This document shows, piece by piece, positions 1 to 9,467 of a stretch of DNA of 64,000 bases (position 1 is its first letter; each line of letters begins with the position of its first letter). Under the pieces are notes generated by a model. The model worked only from the letters and a program-made list of their open reading frames with translations. It had not been told where the DNA came from and searched no databases. The stretch comes from Blastocladiella emersonii ATCC 22665 (lineage: Eukaryota; Fungi; Blastocladiomycota), in contig JANHCV010000012.1 of assembly GCA_025594325.1 (NCBI GenBank), positions 1,178,001 to 1,242,000 on the forward strand, given 5' to 3'. The translations under genes and the position numbers were made by a program.

Positions 1-1
1 A

Positions 2-519
2 GGCGGCGCGAGACACGGGGCGGCGGAGGCGGCGACGGCGGCCTTTACGGCGAGGAACGCCTGCTTGCACTCGTTGGTCCACACGTTGCGGACGTCGAGG
101 TCAATGCGCTTGAGGTTGCGCAGCGCGTCAAGCGGGTGCATGAGGACCGCGGCGAGCGGGATGTAGGCGCGCAGGTAGTTGACAAGGCTGAGGAACTTCT
201 GGACCTGGTTGCCGGACGTTGGACGCGGCCAGTCGCGGATCGAGACGACCTTGGCCTCGGCGGGCTGCACGCCCTCGGCCGAGACGACGTGGCCGAGCAG
301 GTGCACGCGTGCGCAGTAGAAGAAGCACTTGGCGGGGTTGAGGCGGGGGTTCCACCGCGTGAGACGGTAGACGACAAGGACGAGGTGCTGCGTGTGCTCC
401 TTGACTGAGGCCAAGAAGATGACGAGATTGTCAATGAAGACGCGCACGAATGGCATGTCGTGGAAGATGTTGGACATGACAGCCTGGAACTGCGCCGAGA
501 GGGTCTTGATGCCAAACGG
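2..519 (-). pseudogene. Reverse transcriptase fragment (Ty3/Gypsy)
   Basis: Minus-strand translation PFGIKTLSAQFQAVMSNIFHDMPFVRVFIDNLVIF...KCFF...LLGHVVSAEGVQP...DWPRP...VQKFLSLVNY. The YxDD motif has decayed to FIDN. Confidence 0.85.
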
Positions 520-522
520 GCC

Positions 523-838
523 GCGCGAAGACGACATCGGGCTGGATAGAGCTGGAATGATGTTGTCAAGGAACAGGTCTGCACGCACGGTCAGGAACGC
601 CGGGTAGCACTGAGAAGGCTCGCCGCGAACGGGCGTGCGGTTCGCCGCAGCCAAACAAGCGCGCGAAGACGACATCGGGCTGGATAGAGCCGGAATGATG
701 TCGTCGAGGAACAGGTCTGCACGCACAGTCAGGAACGCCGGGTAGCACCGAGAAGGCTCGCTGCGAACGGGCGTGCGGTTCGCTGCAGCCAAACAAGCGC
801 GCAAAGACGACATCGGGCTGGATAGAGCCGGAATGATG
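523..838. repeat. 138-bp tandem repeat, about 2.3 copies
   Basis: Units start at 523, 661 and 799 (gcgcgaagacgacatcgggctggatagag...). Copies 1 and 2 differ at 7 positions, all at CpG. Confidence 0.95.
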
Positions 839-1257
839 AGGTCAGAGATATTATTATTGTGAGCGACAAGCGCCACGTACAGGTCGCAGATGGACGCGCG
901 TGCCCAGGTCACAAAAATGCGGGCGTGCCCAGCCAGTTGGGGTCGACCGCACTGGCGCCGTCGTGCTCACGGCGCGCACCAGAGCGGGCGGGGGTGGCGA
1001 AATGCGCGACGGGACCAAGGCGGCCGCAAAGGGGATCGTCGTGGGTGACGGTGGCGGCGCGGGCCGAGGTGGGGCCGAGGCGGGAGCCAACGATGATGTG
1101 GTAGAACTTGTTGAGCAGGTGCGCGAACAGGCTGGTGGCGGACGCCGGCAGGAGGGCGAGGACACGGAGGTGGTGGGCGAGCAGGGGCTGGGAGCGGGGA
1201 ATGCAGTCGACCGCGCGGGCAGGCGAGGAGACGAACTTGGAGCGGGAGCGCTCGAGG

Positions 1258-2620
1258 TCATCCGCCAAACTTGGTCTCGAGACCCGCGGGCCAGATGGGC
1301 GCCATGGCCGCGTGGTAGTTGCGCGGGGCGCGCTTGCGCACAGTGGAGCGGGAGCGCGAGCGGGACCGGGGACGCGAGCGGGACCGGGAACGCGAGCGCT
1401 GACGCTTGTCGCTGCCGCCACGATCACGATCGTGGCGGTCGTTGGGCACGGCGAGAAGCGCGCGTGGGGCGTCGCGGGACGCGCAGTTGTCTCGGCTGGC
1501 CTTGCCCTTGTCGTAGTGGCCGTTCTTGTCGTGGGCGCTGCCGCCGCGGTGGTTGTTGTAGTTGTAGTTGTTCTTGTTCTTGTCCTTGTCCTTGTTGCCC
1601 GACTTGGTGCGCGCGGCCGGCACGGCGGACGAGGCGTCGCCAGCGTCGCCGGTGGGCGCCTTGCTGCGCGAGGCGATCTGGACGTAGCCGTGGGGGCCAA
1701 TGAGGTCAACGAGCGTGAGCGGGGTGCGCTTGGAGGTGGCGGTGCCGAGCGTGTGGCAGAGGGCGTTGTAGACGTCGTCCTCAATGCCCTTGACTGAGTT
1801 GAGGAACGAGGAGAGGAGCGCGGGAGGCAGGTGGCCAGTGGCCGGTGGGATCCAGGCAACCCCCCTCGCAGAGACGCCGGACAAACACAACGCGGTGGCG
1901 CTAGAGGGTGAGGCCCGGAGTGGCGGGGAATGAGAGGTCGAGGTAGTGGAGGATGGCGGCGCGCTCCATGTGGTCAAAGAAGTGGGCGATCAGCTGGTGC
2001 TCCTTGAGACCGGCGCCCTCGCAGACCATCGACTTGTACACAACCTGGGCGTCGTGGCTGACGGTGGTGGTGGCAGCGTTGAGCAGCTTGTACAGGTTGT
2101 GCAGCGGGTAGAGGTCGCGGAGGTTGCGGAGGAAGGTGGCTGGGTCTCGGCAGTTGCTGCGGGTTGGGTGGCGGTAGTTGATGTGGGTGCTCTCGATGTC
2201 GGCGCGCAGCTGCTTGTCAACGCTGGTGGTCGACGCAGCGGGAGCGGCTGGCAAGGCGGCGGCCGGCGCGGCCAGGGGCGCCTCGGCGGGCAGCATGTTG
2301 ACAGCGAGGTTGATGATGTTGTTGTAGCGCGAGTGCGCGGCGATGAGCGCGTCCAGCGCCTTGGCGGCCTGGGCCTGCAGCTTGGGCGGGTGGGTGGCCG
2401 ACGTGCCGTTGCCCTGGGACGGCGCGGGTTGCGCGGCGGCGTCGATGGCGGCCAAGCAGGCAGCGAATTGCTCACCGAGTAGCTGGCGCAGCTCGGCGGC
2501 GCGCGCGCGTGCGGCGGGCACGGCCTGGGGGTCCTTGGCTGCGGTGCTGCAGGTGCCGGGGAGCGCAGAGATGTCGCTGCAGAGCGCCGGCGAGATGGTG
2601 AAGGTGGGGCTTGAGGCCAT
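1258..2620 (-). pseudogene. gag-like region of the retrotransposon, split between frames
   Basis: ATG at 2620 just inside the LTR/PBS. ORFs 1901-2716 and 1258-1977 overlap in different frames and include a basic RS-rich tract. No strong motif. Confidence 0.5.
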
Positions 2621-2642
2621 GCGGAAAACTACTTGAAAAAAA

Positions 2643-2858
2643 TGTTGATGCTGACAGAAGGAGGCGGGAGACAAGTAGTCAGGGATGTCTATTCCTGCCT
2701 TTGGCCCCGAACCCAAGACGGGGAGAGGGGAGAATGGATAACAAAGCAGGGCGCGCTGCAGCGGGGTGCAGCGGCGCGGGAGCGAGGGATTGCGGGCGGC
2801 TCACGCGAGATCAGATAATTGATCACCGCGGTCGTGGCCACATGAACGACACGCAACA
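2643..2858 (-). repeat. 5' LTR (216 bp)
   Basis: On the minus strand it begins TGTTG and ends CAACA. It starts exactly where the lectin reading frame (NGQRLQL) breaks off. Confidence 0.75.
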
Positions 2859-3703
2859 GTTGCAAGCGCTGTCCGTTGCGATCGCCGCTAGAATCTGATG
2901 CGAGGCCATGCGTTAGTGCCAACGGGTTGTGGATAACGACACTAAAGAGAGCGTACCGCCAACGGGATCAAGGCAGAGACTTGGCTCGAGGGCCAAAGCG
3001 AAGCGGTAATTTCTTTTGTCCCACTGCTGAGCTGGAGTGCCGTTGCTGAGCAGGGCACGAATCAAGTACAGCGTGTGAGTGGAGGGGCGGATGGTCGCGT
3101 GAGGTTGGCGTTGAAGTACACGTACCGCTTCCACCATTGAACCTCAGCACCTTCAAACGCCTTGCCCTCGGCCACGTCAAGGCAGTAATTGACGCCGTTG
3201 TACTTGTGCATAATGCTGGCATGCGGTATAGGGTCGATCCAAAGGTTAGTTCGTCGCTGACTTGAGTCAGTTGGATAGAAGCCGTACGTTTGAGAACCGT
3301 GATTGCTGTAAATCTGGTGATTATGCGGGGAGTCTGCAAACCCTGGGTCGTTAAAGTAGCCCCACTGGTTTACGCACGCCCACATCTGCGCCTTGGCGGA
3401 CTGGCCATCTAACGCAAGCGTTGAGCGTCAGCAGTCTGCTCAGCCGCACCGGTAATGCGAGCGATCGAAAACGTACTCGCAGTGGCCTCTGAGAAGTCAA
3501 GGCAGCGGCCCGCGTTGTGCCGCCAGTCCTCAACGTGCGCCATTCCAAAGTTGTAGATCTGCCAACTAGCAAACGCAGCGGCGGTTCGTGAGCGAGGAGC
3601 ACACGAAACAGATGCCGCGCGGCGGAGCAGGCCCGTACGCGGTCGCGATCTGGGCGCCAAGGGCAAGGACCGCCACGAGGGCGAGGACAGGGTGTCGATA
3701 CAT
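2859..3703 (-). pseudogene. Secreted ricin-B lectin-like gene, multi-exon, cut off by the LTR
   Basis: Signal peptide MYRHPVLALVAVLALGAQIATA. Motifs GRCLDFSEATAS, AKAQMWAC, YCLDVAEGKAFEGAEVQWWK and NGQRLQL are shared with the paralogues at 52-57 kb. TATAAA lies about 80 nt upstream. Confidence 0.75.
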
Positions 3704-4043
3704 GGTCATGGTTGCGTCTGCTTCGAGGCGACGAGCGAGCGGACGGGCGGGAGCGAGGGTCGTGGGTGGGGGGCGATGCCAACTTTATACTCTCGCTCGT
3801 GGGCGTCGGGAGACGCCACCAACGAGAGCAGCTTGTGCGCTTTATGCAGAGACCCACATGGGCGCTCTATTCGTGCGCGTGCGCGCATGCAGGACTGAAG
3901 CACAAGGGCAAGGGCAAGCGCGCTGAGCCACGCACGTGCTGCTGACCGCGGGCGACGCCAAACGCGCTCAGCCAATCGCTGTCGTCTGCGCTCGGAACGC
4001 TCACGCTCTTCGCGCGCGCTATGAATCGCGTGAAACACTCCCC

Positions 4044-5095
4044 ATGAAGCAACCGGACTTGATGCAATCACTTTATGTGCTCCCTGAAACTGTCCTCGAG
4101 CGCGCGGTTGCGCTTGCGCGGGCGAGGTCGGCCATTGCGGTCGCGTGCAGCACGACGCGCGATGCCGCTCGCTCGCCTACTGTCCTGCGCGTCTGGGCGC
4201 ACCATGTCGCTCATAGCGTCACGTTCGAAGATTACGACGAAGGTCGAGACGCGCGCCTTGGCGTTCGACTTGACGACGAGTTTCCTGCTGCACGTCAGCT
4301 GCAGATGCCGTTCGTCTGGTACCTTAAGATGCGGCTCAAGGATGCTAAGCGAGGCGGTCTGCGTGTCCTGAACGACAGCAACGACTTGAGTGTCGAGCGG
4401 ACTCGCGTGCTGCACCCGTTCTCGCCGTCAGTCCTCGCGCACATTTACCGCCGCGCGCAGTCGCGACCCGCATCGCTTCTTGAAGCGTTTCGCCCTTTTG
4501 CCTATGCGATTCCAGGCACGCTTCACTCGTCGTGTGCGCTCCGCGCGGTGCCAGAGGGACTCTCGCTTCCTCACCTTTTCCTGCACGCCGGCAACGTCAA
4601 CGGCATGATTGCGTGTCTTGACTATCACGCAGCGCTGTTCCCCGGCTCGTTTCGCACCGAGCGTGCCTGTATCACCAACGTGTGGTCGAGGTTGTGATTG
4701 AGCGAGGATTTCTCGACACGCGCTGCTCTAGCATCAATATCGGCAGATCTTGTCAAGCAGGCTTGCGTTACGTACTCCATGGCGCTCGCGCTAGCGGCAA
4801 TGACCCTGTGGAATCTCGCCGCCGTCAAACGCATCCTCGACAGCGAGTATGGCGTTGACCGCAGCGACCTCATGGCCTTCTTCTCTCGGCCGCACGTCTC
4901 GAATGTCTTCCTTGACACAATGCAGTCTCATCCCCTTGCCACCGACGTTGTGCCCAACGCGATTGCGTGGCTACAGCAACAGGGCTGGCTGTACAGCAAC
5001 ATTGGCGTGCGCCTCTGCGGGTTTGCGACGCACAACCACAACCTTGCTCTCGCGCTACTGGACCGGTTCGACATGTCTACTATTCGCGCCATGAC
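4044..5095 (+). pseudogene. Host gene of unknown function (weak F-box-like N-terminus), 5' part, interrupted by the PLV
   Basis: One frame from ATG 4044 with an in-frame TGA at 4695-4697. It reads ...STIRAMT up to the TSD and resumes in frame after 21137. Confidence 0.65.
5091..5095. repeat. Left 5-bp target-site duplication ATGAC
   Basis: Identical ATGAC at 21138-21142, immediately outside the TG...CA termini. Confidence 0.9.
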
Positions 5096-5121
5096 TGCCG
5101 TATCCCTTAAGGGATACGGCA
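5096..5121. other. Perfect 26-bp terminal palindrome, left
   Basis: tgccgtatcccttaagggatacggca equals its own reverse complement. Confidence 0.98.
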
Positions 5122-5567
5122 TGGGCTGACCCACCACCACCCGGGCTGACCAATTGCTTACCCCAAGCGGTCGGCGGCAGTCACTCGGGCTAACCACATG
5201 ATTGGCAATGCGTTACCCCAAGTAATATATTGAGATTTGCCGAATGCCCCAGGGATACGGCATGGGGGCGGGTGGCAGGTGGGTCACGTGGATCATGTGC
5301 AGATGAACGGCGCGTGGGCACGGCTGCGAGTCGATCTGTGAGACAAGTCCAAGAGCAGATCCCTGAGCCCGTCCCTGACCAACCGCTCGGGCTGACCGTT
5401 GCTTACCCCGAGCGGTCGGCGGCGGCTGGCAAGCGCAGCGAGACGAAGAGCAGCGCAGCTGTGGCTACCCACTGACAGAGTTCCATGGTCTGGTCCCTGA
5501 CCTGACCCCCAAGCCCATCCCCAACCACCTGCCGCAAGCGGCTGCTATGAAGCCACTCACCGTAAAG

Positions 5568-5637
5568 GTTCCACTTTCATGGCATATTACGACAGAGTAT
5601 ATATATACACTACCCTTTTTTGCCATGAAAGTGGAAC
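5568..5637. promoter_or_regulatory. Candidate replication origin: 17-bp inverted repeats around a 36-bp spacer with a TATATATATA core
   Basis: gttccactttcatggca (5568-5584) and tgccatgaaagtggaac (5621-5637). Mirrored in the right TIR at about 20596-20665. The function is inferred. Confidence 0.45.
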
Positions 5638-5795
5638 TTTCAAAGACAAGAGGTCAGGGTATGGGGGGGAAGGTTGAGGACAAGGGAGCGTCTTAGCAGC
5701 ATCAATGTATTGGGCAGGACAGGGTCAGGCAAGGAGTGTCTTAGCAGGCAGCGTCTTAGCAGACAGGAAGGCAGCGTGGCAGGTCGTGGAGTGTC

Positions 5796-8700
5796 TTAGA
5801 GCTCGTTGTTGTCCTCGTTGTTGTCCTCGTCCTCGTCCATCTCCAGGACAAACGGGGCTGGATTGGCCAGGGGTGGGGTCCAGGTCTCGTACATGACAAA
5901 GTACAGAATGTCGTCTGTCCACTTCAGGTTACTGTACTTCTTGCCGCGTACTGAGACCCGGGGTTCGTCCTTGTCTGGCACAGCAAGGCACTTGTTAAAG
6001 TAAGTGCTGAGAAGTCTGTTTAGGACTGTTGCTGTGTCACACTTGTAATACCCAAGCTTCTTGAAGTACTTGTGGATGACTTCTTCAAACTTGGCGGGGA
6101 TGGTGGCCTGGATGTTGAACTCCTTGGACGTGTGGAGGTCCATGTTGTTGTGTTCCAGGAGCTTGTGCAGGACGTGGCCCTTGTCCTTGGTGTAAAAGTG
6201 CTGGATACGCTCCATGAAGCTCTCCGCGTTGTTGTCCCAGATGATCTTCATGTTGTCCATGCTCAGACCATTGAACTTGCGGATGAAGAAGGCCTTGCGG
6301 ACGGAGAGGGAGATGGTCCAGTCCGGGTCCTTGATGGTACCTTTGCAGTAGGCGCGCATGATCTCCTTGGACGGTAGCTGGACATTTGCCCATTCAAAAG
6401 ACCAGCCCAACATCATGACATCCTTAATCTCAGGGTGCGCCTTGTAGTAGTACTCGGGGGAGTCGTCCATGACAATGTTGGCGACCTTGCGGAAGGCGTC
6501 AAAGACCTTGAGGCAGAAGGTCACAGCGGCCATCTCGTTCTCAAGATCCGTGTTCTTGACAATAGCCCGGTGAAGTTTGCCAACCGAGTCCGAGTCAATG
6601 ACCTGTAACTTGTTCATGTACGCGCTGCGGCAACCATGGCTGATCATGAACACAATCTCGTTGTCAATGGGGTAGCGCTCGCGGTAGATTGCCTGGAAGA
6701 AGTTGCGGGCAGGGACCCAGGACTCGTAGCGCGCGTACACCTTGTGGAAGACGTATGGCTTCGAAAAGTTGACCCCCACAGTGATCTTGAGGTTGGCGAT
6801 GACTATACGGACCGTATCGTCGCCCCACACAGAGTCAGGGTCAATGAGTTCCTTGTCCTTGTGGTTGGGGCGGTCGCTGTGGTAGAGCTTGATCTGCTTG
6901 CCAATCTTCCACTTCTCCTTGGCAAAGACCAGCTCGAGGTACTTGCCAAAGGTCTGCACCGGCCACTTGGTTGACTTCTTGAATGGTCGTGGGATGAAGA
7001 GGTAGAGCTTCTTGTTGGCCTTGAGGTCGGCAATGATGTTGCTCTCCATGATGTCTTCGGCGGACTTCTCCTTGTCCTTGTTGTCGGTGATGAGGCTCAT
7101 CTTGCGCGGCTCAAACTTCTTGCCGAGCGTGTTCGTGATCACCTTGATCTTACCATGGAGTATGGTCTTGATGTTGTGCTCAACAGTAAAGGAGCGGAGG
7201 ACGTCCATGGTCAGGTTCGTGACAAACGCGTCCATGAAGATACCCTTGCTGCCCTTGTGCTCGCACAGCGTCTTGAAGGCCTTGAGGTTGGCCTCGAGGT
7301 TGTTGCGAATGGTGGTTGTGTGCAACTTGGCGTCCTGGAACATCTTGAGGACCGTCTTGGACTCGTCCACCACAACAATGTCGTAGGGCTCGGTCAAGTA
7401 GTGCAGCGAGCACGGCGAGACAATGAGTCGCTTGTGATCCCCCAGTGTCTTCTTGTCCTTGATGCTGCGGTAGTTGACAAAGCCAAGCTTCTGTTTGCGG
7501 GCTTGACCCTCAGTGTTGTGGGCCAGGGTGATGCGAGGTGTGATCCAGACCACTCGCGCGTCTGGGTACTTGGCAATGTAGTTGCAAACAGCGCCCGTCT
7601 TGTTGGAGCCCATGCCCATGGCCAGCACGTTGAACTTGGCCAGGGTAATGTCATCGCAGGACAGGAACTGGTTGGGGCTGGTCACGTCCACCAGTACCTC
7701 AAGCGACTGCTCAAACTTGGCCATGGCCTTGGACTTGAACGCGGCTGGGAACCGCTTGTAGAAGATGGCCTTGACAAACGTGTCCAGCACCTGGTAGTTG
7801 TTGTTGCTGGCAATCTTGTTCCATCGGCCCCAGTGCTTTTGCATGCGCTGAGCCGAGTTGTCCTGCTGCGACGTCCATGCCCAGAACTGGTCAAATGTGA
7901 CCCCTTTGCGCATGGCCCATGTCATGATCCGCCAGATCACGTTGTTGTGGAACGCGTTCTCGGGGCTGATGGGGATGTTGTGGAGGATCTCAAGTGGCGT
8001 GGCGTCGTAGTAGAAGAAGTCGGGGTCGATCTGCACGTCCTTGAACTCAGGGATGTCAAGGTCGTAGTCAAGGCGACCCGCGTGGCGCTTGGTCCGCGCT
8101 TCCTTGGCCTTGGCAGTCACAAACTCTTCAAAGGACAGGTCCGAGACCGACGCGCAGTTGGGGTCAAAGTCGCACTGGATCAAGTGCTTGGACAGGCGGT
8201 CCTTGTTACCCGAGATCCACACGCTGGGCGTCTTCTTGGGCTTGGACTGGTTGATGCACTTCATGAAGCAGTGCTTGCTGTACACGCTGGAGTCAAAGCC
8301 AAGCTTGACATGGTCGGGGTGGCTGCAGAACAGCTTCAGGAACGGCATGTCCTTGAGCGTGGCCGTGTAGTTGCTGAGGACAATGTGCCATGACTTTTTG
8401 AGGTCCGTCTCGTAGCTGCAGACCTGGAGGTTGGCGCCGGGGAACTGGGCCAGGATGACCTTCTTGATGACGTCCAGGGTCACGTCCTTGCGGTTGCCCG
8501 GGCAGTCAATGTCAAAGTAGACTTTGGACAGGCGCTCGGGGTGGACCATCTCCTGGATGCAGCGGTTCTTGTCGAGGAGCCCGGCCAGGTCAGCTGTCTT
8601 GACCTTGGCAAAGTAGTGCGCCGCCTTGGGTTGGCCGTGGTTGTTGACGCCCTTGTCAACAAGGCGCTTGATGACCGTCTTGTTGTCTTGCAGCTCGGAC

Positions 8701-8807
8701 AAGAGCGTGCGCTGAGGGCCCATGTTGCTGTTGCCACCATCCTTGCCATGGAACCACTTGAGACCAAAGGCGGTGCCATGTTTACTGGGAACCTGATTGC
8801 AGACCAT
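5796..8807 (-). CDS. AEP primase(-polymerase) / PriCT-like / UL9-like SF2 helicase fusion, about 1003 aa
   Basis: AEP motifs KVYFDID, KSWHIVL and FDSSVYS. Trp-rich PriCT-like segment. Helicase motifs AMGMGSNKT, WITPRITLA, VVVDES, FMDAF, ITVGVNF and FQAIYR. ATG 8807 chosen because the upstream part of the tracked ORF translates tandem repeats. Confidence 0.85.
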   Translation of the reverse strand: MVCNQVPSKHGTAFGLKWFHGKDGGNSNMGPQRTLLSELQDNKTVIKRLVDKGVNNHGQPKAAHYFAKVKTADLAGLLDKNRCIQEMVHPERLSKVYFDIDCPGNRKDVTLDVIKKVILAQFPGANLQVCSYETDLKKSWHIVLSNYTATLKDMPFLKLFCSHPDHVKLGFDSSVYSKHCFMKCINQSKPKKTPSVWISGNKDRLSKHLIQCDFDPNCASVSDLSFEEFVTAKAKEARTKRHAGRLDYDLDIPEFKDVQIDPDFFYYDATPLEILHNIPISPENAFHNNVIWRIMTWAMRKGVTFDQFWAWTSQQDNSAQRMQKHWGRWNKIASNNNYQVLDTFVKAIFYKRFPAAFKSKAMAKFEQSLEVLVDVTSPNQFLSCDDITLAKFNVLAMGMGSNKTGAVCNYIAKYPDARVVWITPRITLAHNTEGQARKQKLGFVNYRSIKDKKTLGDHKRLIVSPCSLHYLTEPYDIVVVDESKTVLKMFQDAKLHTTTIRNNLEANLKAFKTLCEHKGSKGIFMDAFVTNLTMDVLRSFTVEHNIKTILHGKIKVITNTLGKKFEPRKMSLITDNKDKEKSAEDIMESNIIADLKANKKLYLFIPRPFKKSTKWPVQTFGKYLELVFAKEKWKIGKQIKLYHSDRPNHKDKELIDPDSVWGDDTVRIVIANLKITVGVNFSKPYVFHKVYARYESWVPARNFFQAIYRERYPIDNEIVFMISHGCRSAYMNKLQVIDSDSVGKLHRAIVKNTDLENEMAAVTFCLKVFDAFRKVANIVMDDSPEYYYKAHPEIKDVMMLGWSFEWANVQLPSKEIMRAYCKGTIKDPDWTISLSVRKAFFIRKFNGLSMDNMKIIWDNNAESFMERIQHFYTKDKGHVLHKLLEHNNMDLHTSKEFNIQATIPAKFEEVIHKYFKKLGYYKCDTATVLNRLLSTYFNKCLAVPDKDEPRVSVRGKKYSNLKWTDDILYFVMYETWTPPLANPAPFVLEMDEDEDNNEDNNEL

Positions 8808-8906
8808 GTTGTTATGATGAGGTAACAGAAAGGGTGACAGGACAGGTGCGTTTAAACGCGCAGGATTTAGCGTTAATGACTGTGCCCTGGGAGCCCTTGT
8901 TGGCAT

Positions 8907-9044
8907 GGCCTGTCCTGTGCATTGTGTCGTTGGCCTGTCCTGTGCATTGTGTCGTTGTCCCGTCCTGGTTGGCCTGCCCTGTGCATCGTGTCCTTGTCCC
9001 GTCCTGTGCATCGTGTCCTTGTCCCGTCCTGTGCATCGTGTCCT
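8907..9044. repeat. About 25-bp tandem repeats upstream of the helicase gene
   Basis: About 5 copies of (ggcct/gtccc)gtcctgtgcat(t/c)gtgtc(g/c)tt. Confidence 0.85.
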
Positions 9045-9061
9045 GTGCAAGCTGGTCAAAG

Positions 9062-9379
9062 TCAATTGAGGGAGCACCCTTCTTCAAGGGGATGTCTGGC
9101 AGGAGCCGCTTCATTGACGTGCTGTTGTACAGCTGCTGTCTTCACAGGCGCCCCTTGGACGTGCTGCAACACTGCAAGACGGGCAATAACAACACGCAGC
9201 GTCTTCATGGCCTCTGCCAGAGACTTGTCATTGCCCAGCCATGCCTTGCGTGCAGCGTCCATGGTCAAGGCCTTCACCTTGTCAAAGTCAACCACCTTGC
9301 CTCTGCAGTAAGCAATGCTAAGCAGGAACTCATCAAGGGGGTTGGGGACATGGCTGTCGCTGTCACTGTCGTAGTACAT
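9062..9379 (-). CDS. Small hypothetical PLV protein, 105 aa
   Basis: ATG start and codon usage like the neighbouring viral genes. No motif. Confidence 0.55.
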   Translation of the reverse strand: MYYDSDSDSHVPNPLDEFLLSIAYCRGKVVDFDKVKALTMDAARKAWLGNDKSLAEAMKTLRVVIARLAVLQHVQGAPVKTAAVQQHVNEAAPARHPLEEGCSLN

Positions 9380-9467
9380 GGTGTCCTACCATTGACGCAC
9401 AATATATTTAACGATACCGCCAAACGCACTTGAGCAGTGACGCCTTCTTTTCTGGGGCTACCGTAAG

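Larger units (their letters stand above)
1..2858 (-). mobile_element. Degenerate Ty3/Gypsy LTR retrotransposon (5' LTR, gag-like region, RT fragment); continues past the left window edge
   Basis: 216-bp LTR with TGTTG...CAACA ends, followed by a broken gag-like ORF and a recognisable RT C-terminal half. Confidence 0.8.
5096..5814 (+). repeat. Left terminal inverted repeat (719 bp)
   Basis: Reverse complement of 20419-21137 with 16 substitutions and no indels (compared by hand). Confidence 0.97.

Noticed and set aside
4695-4697. TGA here and at 15308 as selenocysteine or alternative genetic code
   Set aside because: Intact host and viral genes use TGA as a normal stop. CGA>TGA deamination is simpler given the repeat mutation spectrum.
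5230-5475. 81-aa ORFs within the TIRs (also 20758-21003)
   Set aside because: TTG start, no motif, and they occur twice only because of the TIR.
8808-9077. N-terminal 90-aa extension of the helicase ORF
   Set aside because: It translates the 25-bp tandem array from a non-ATG start.
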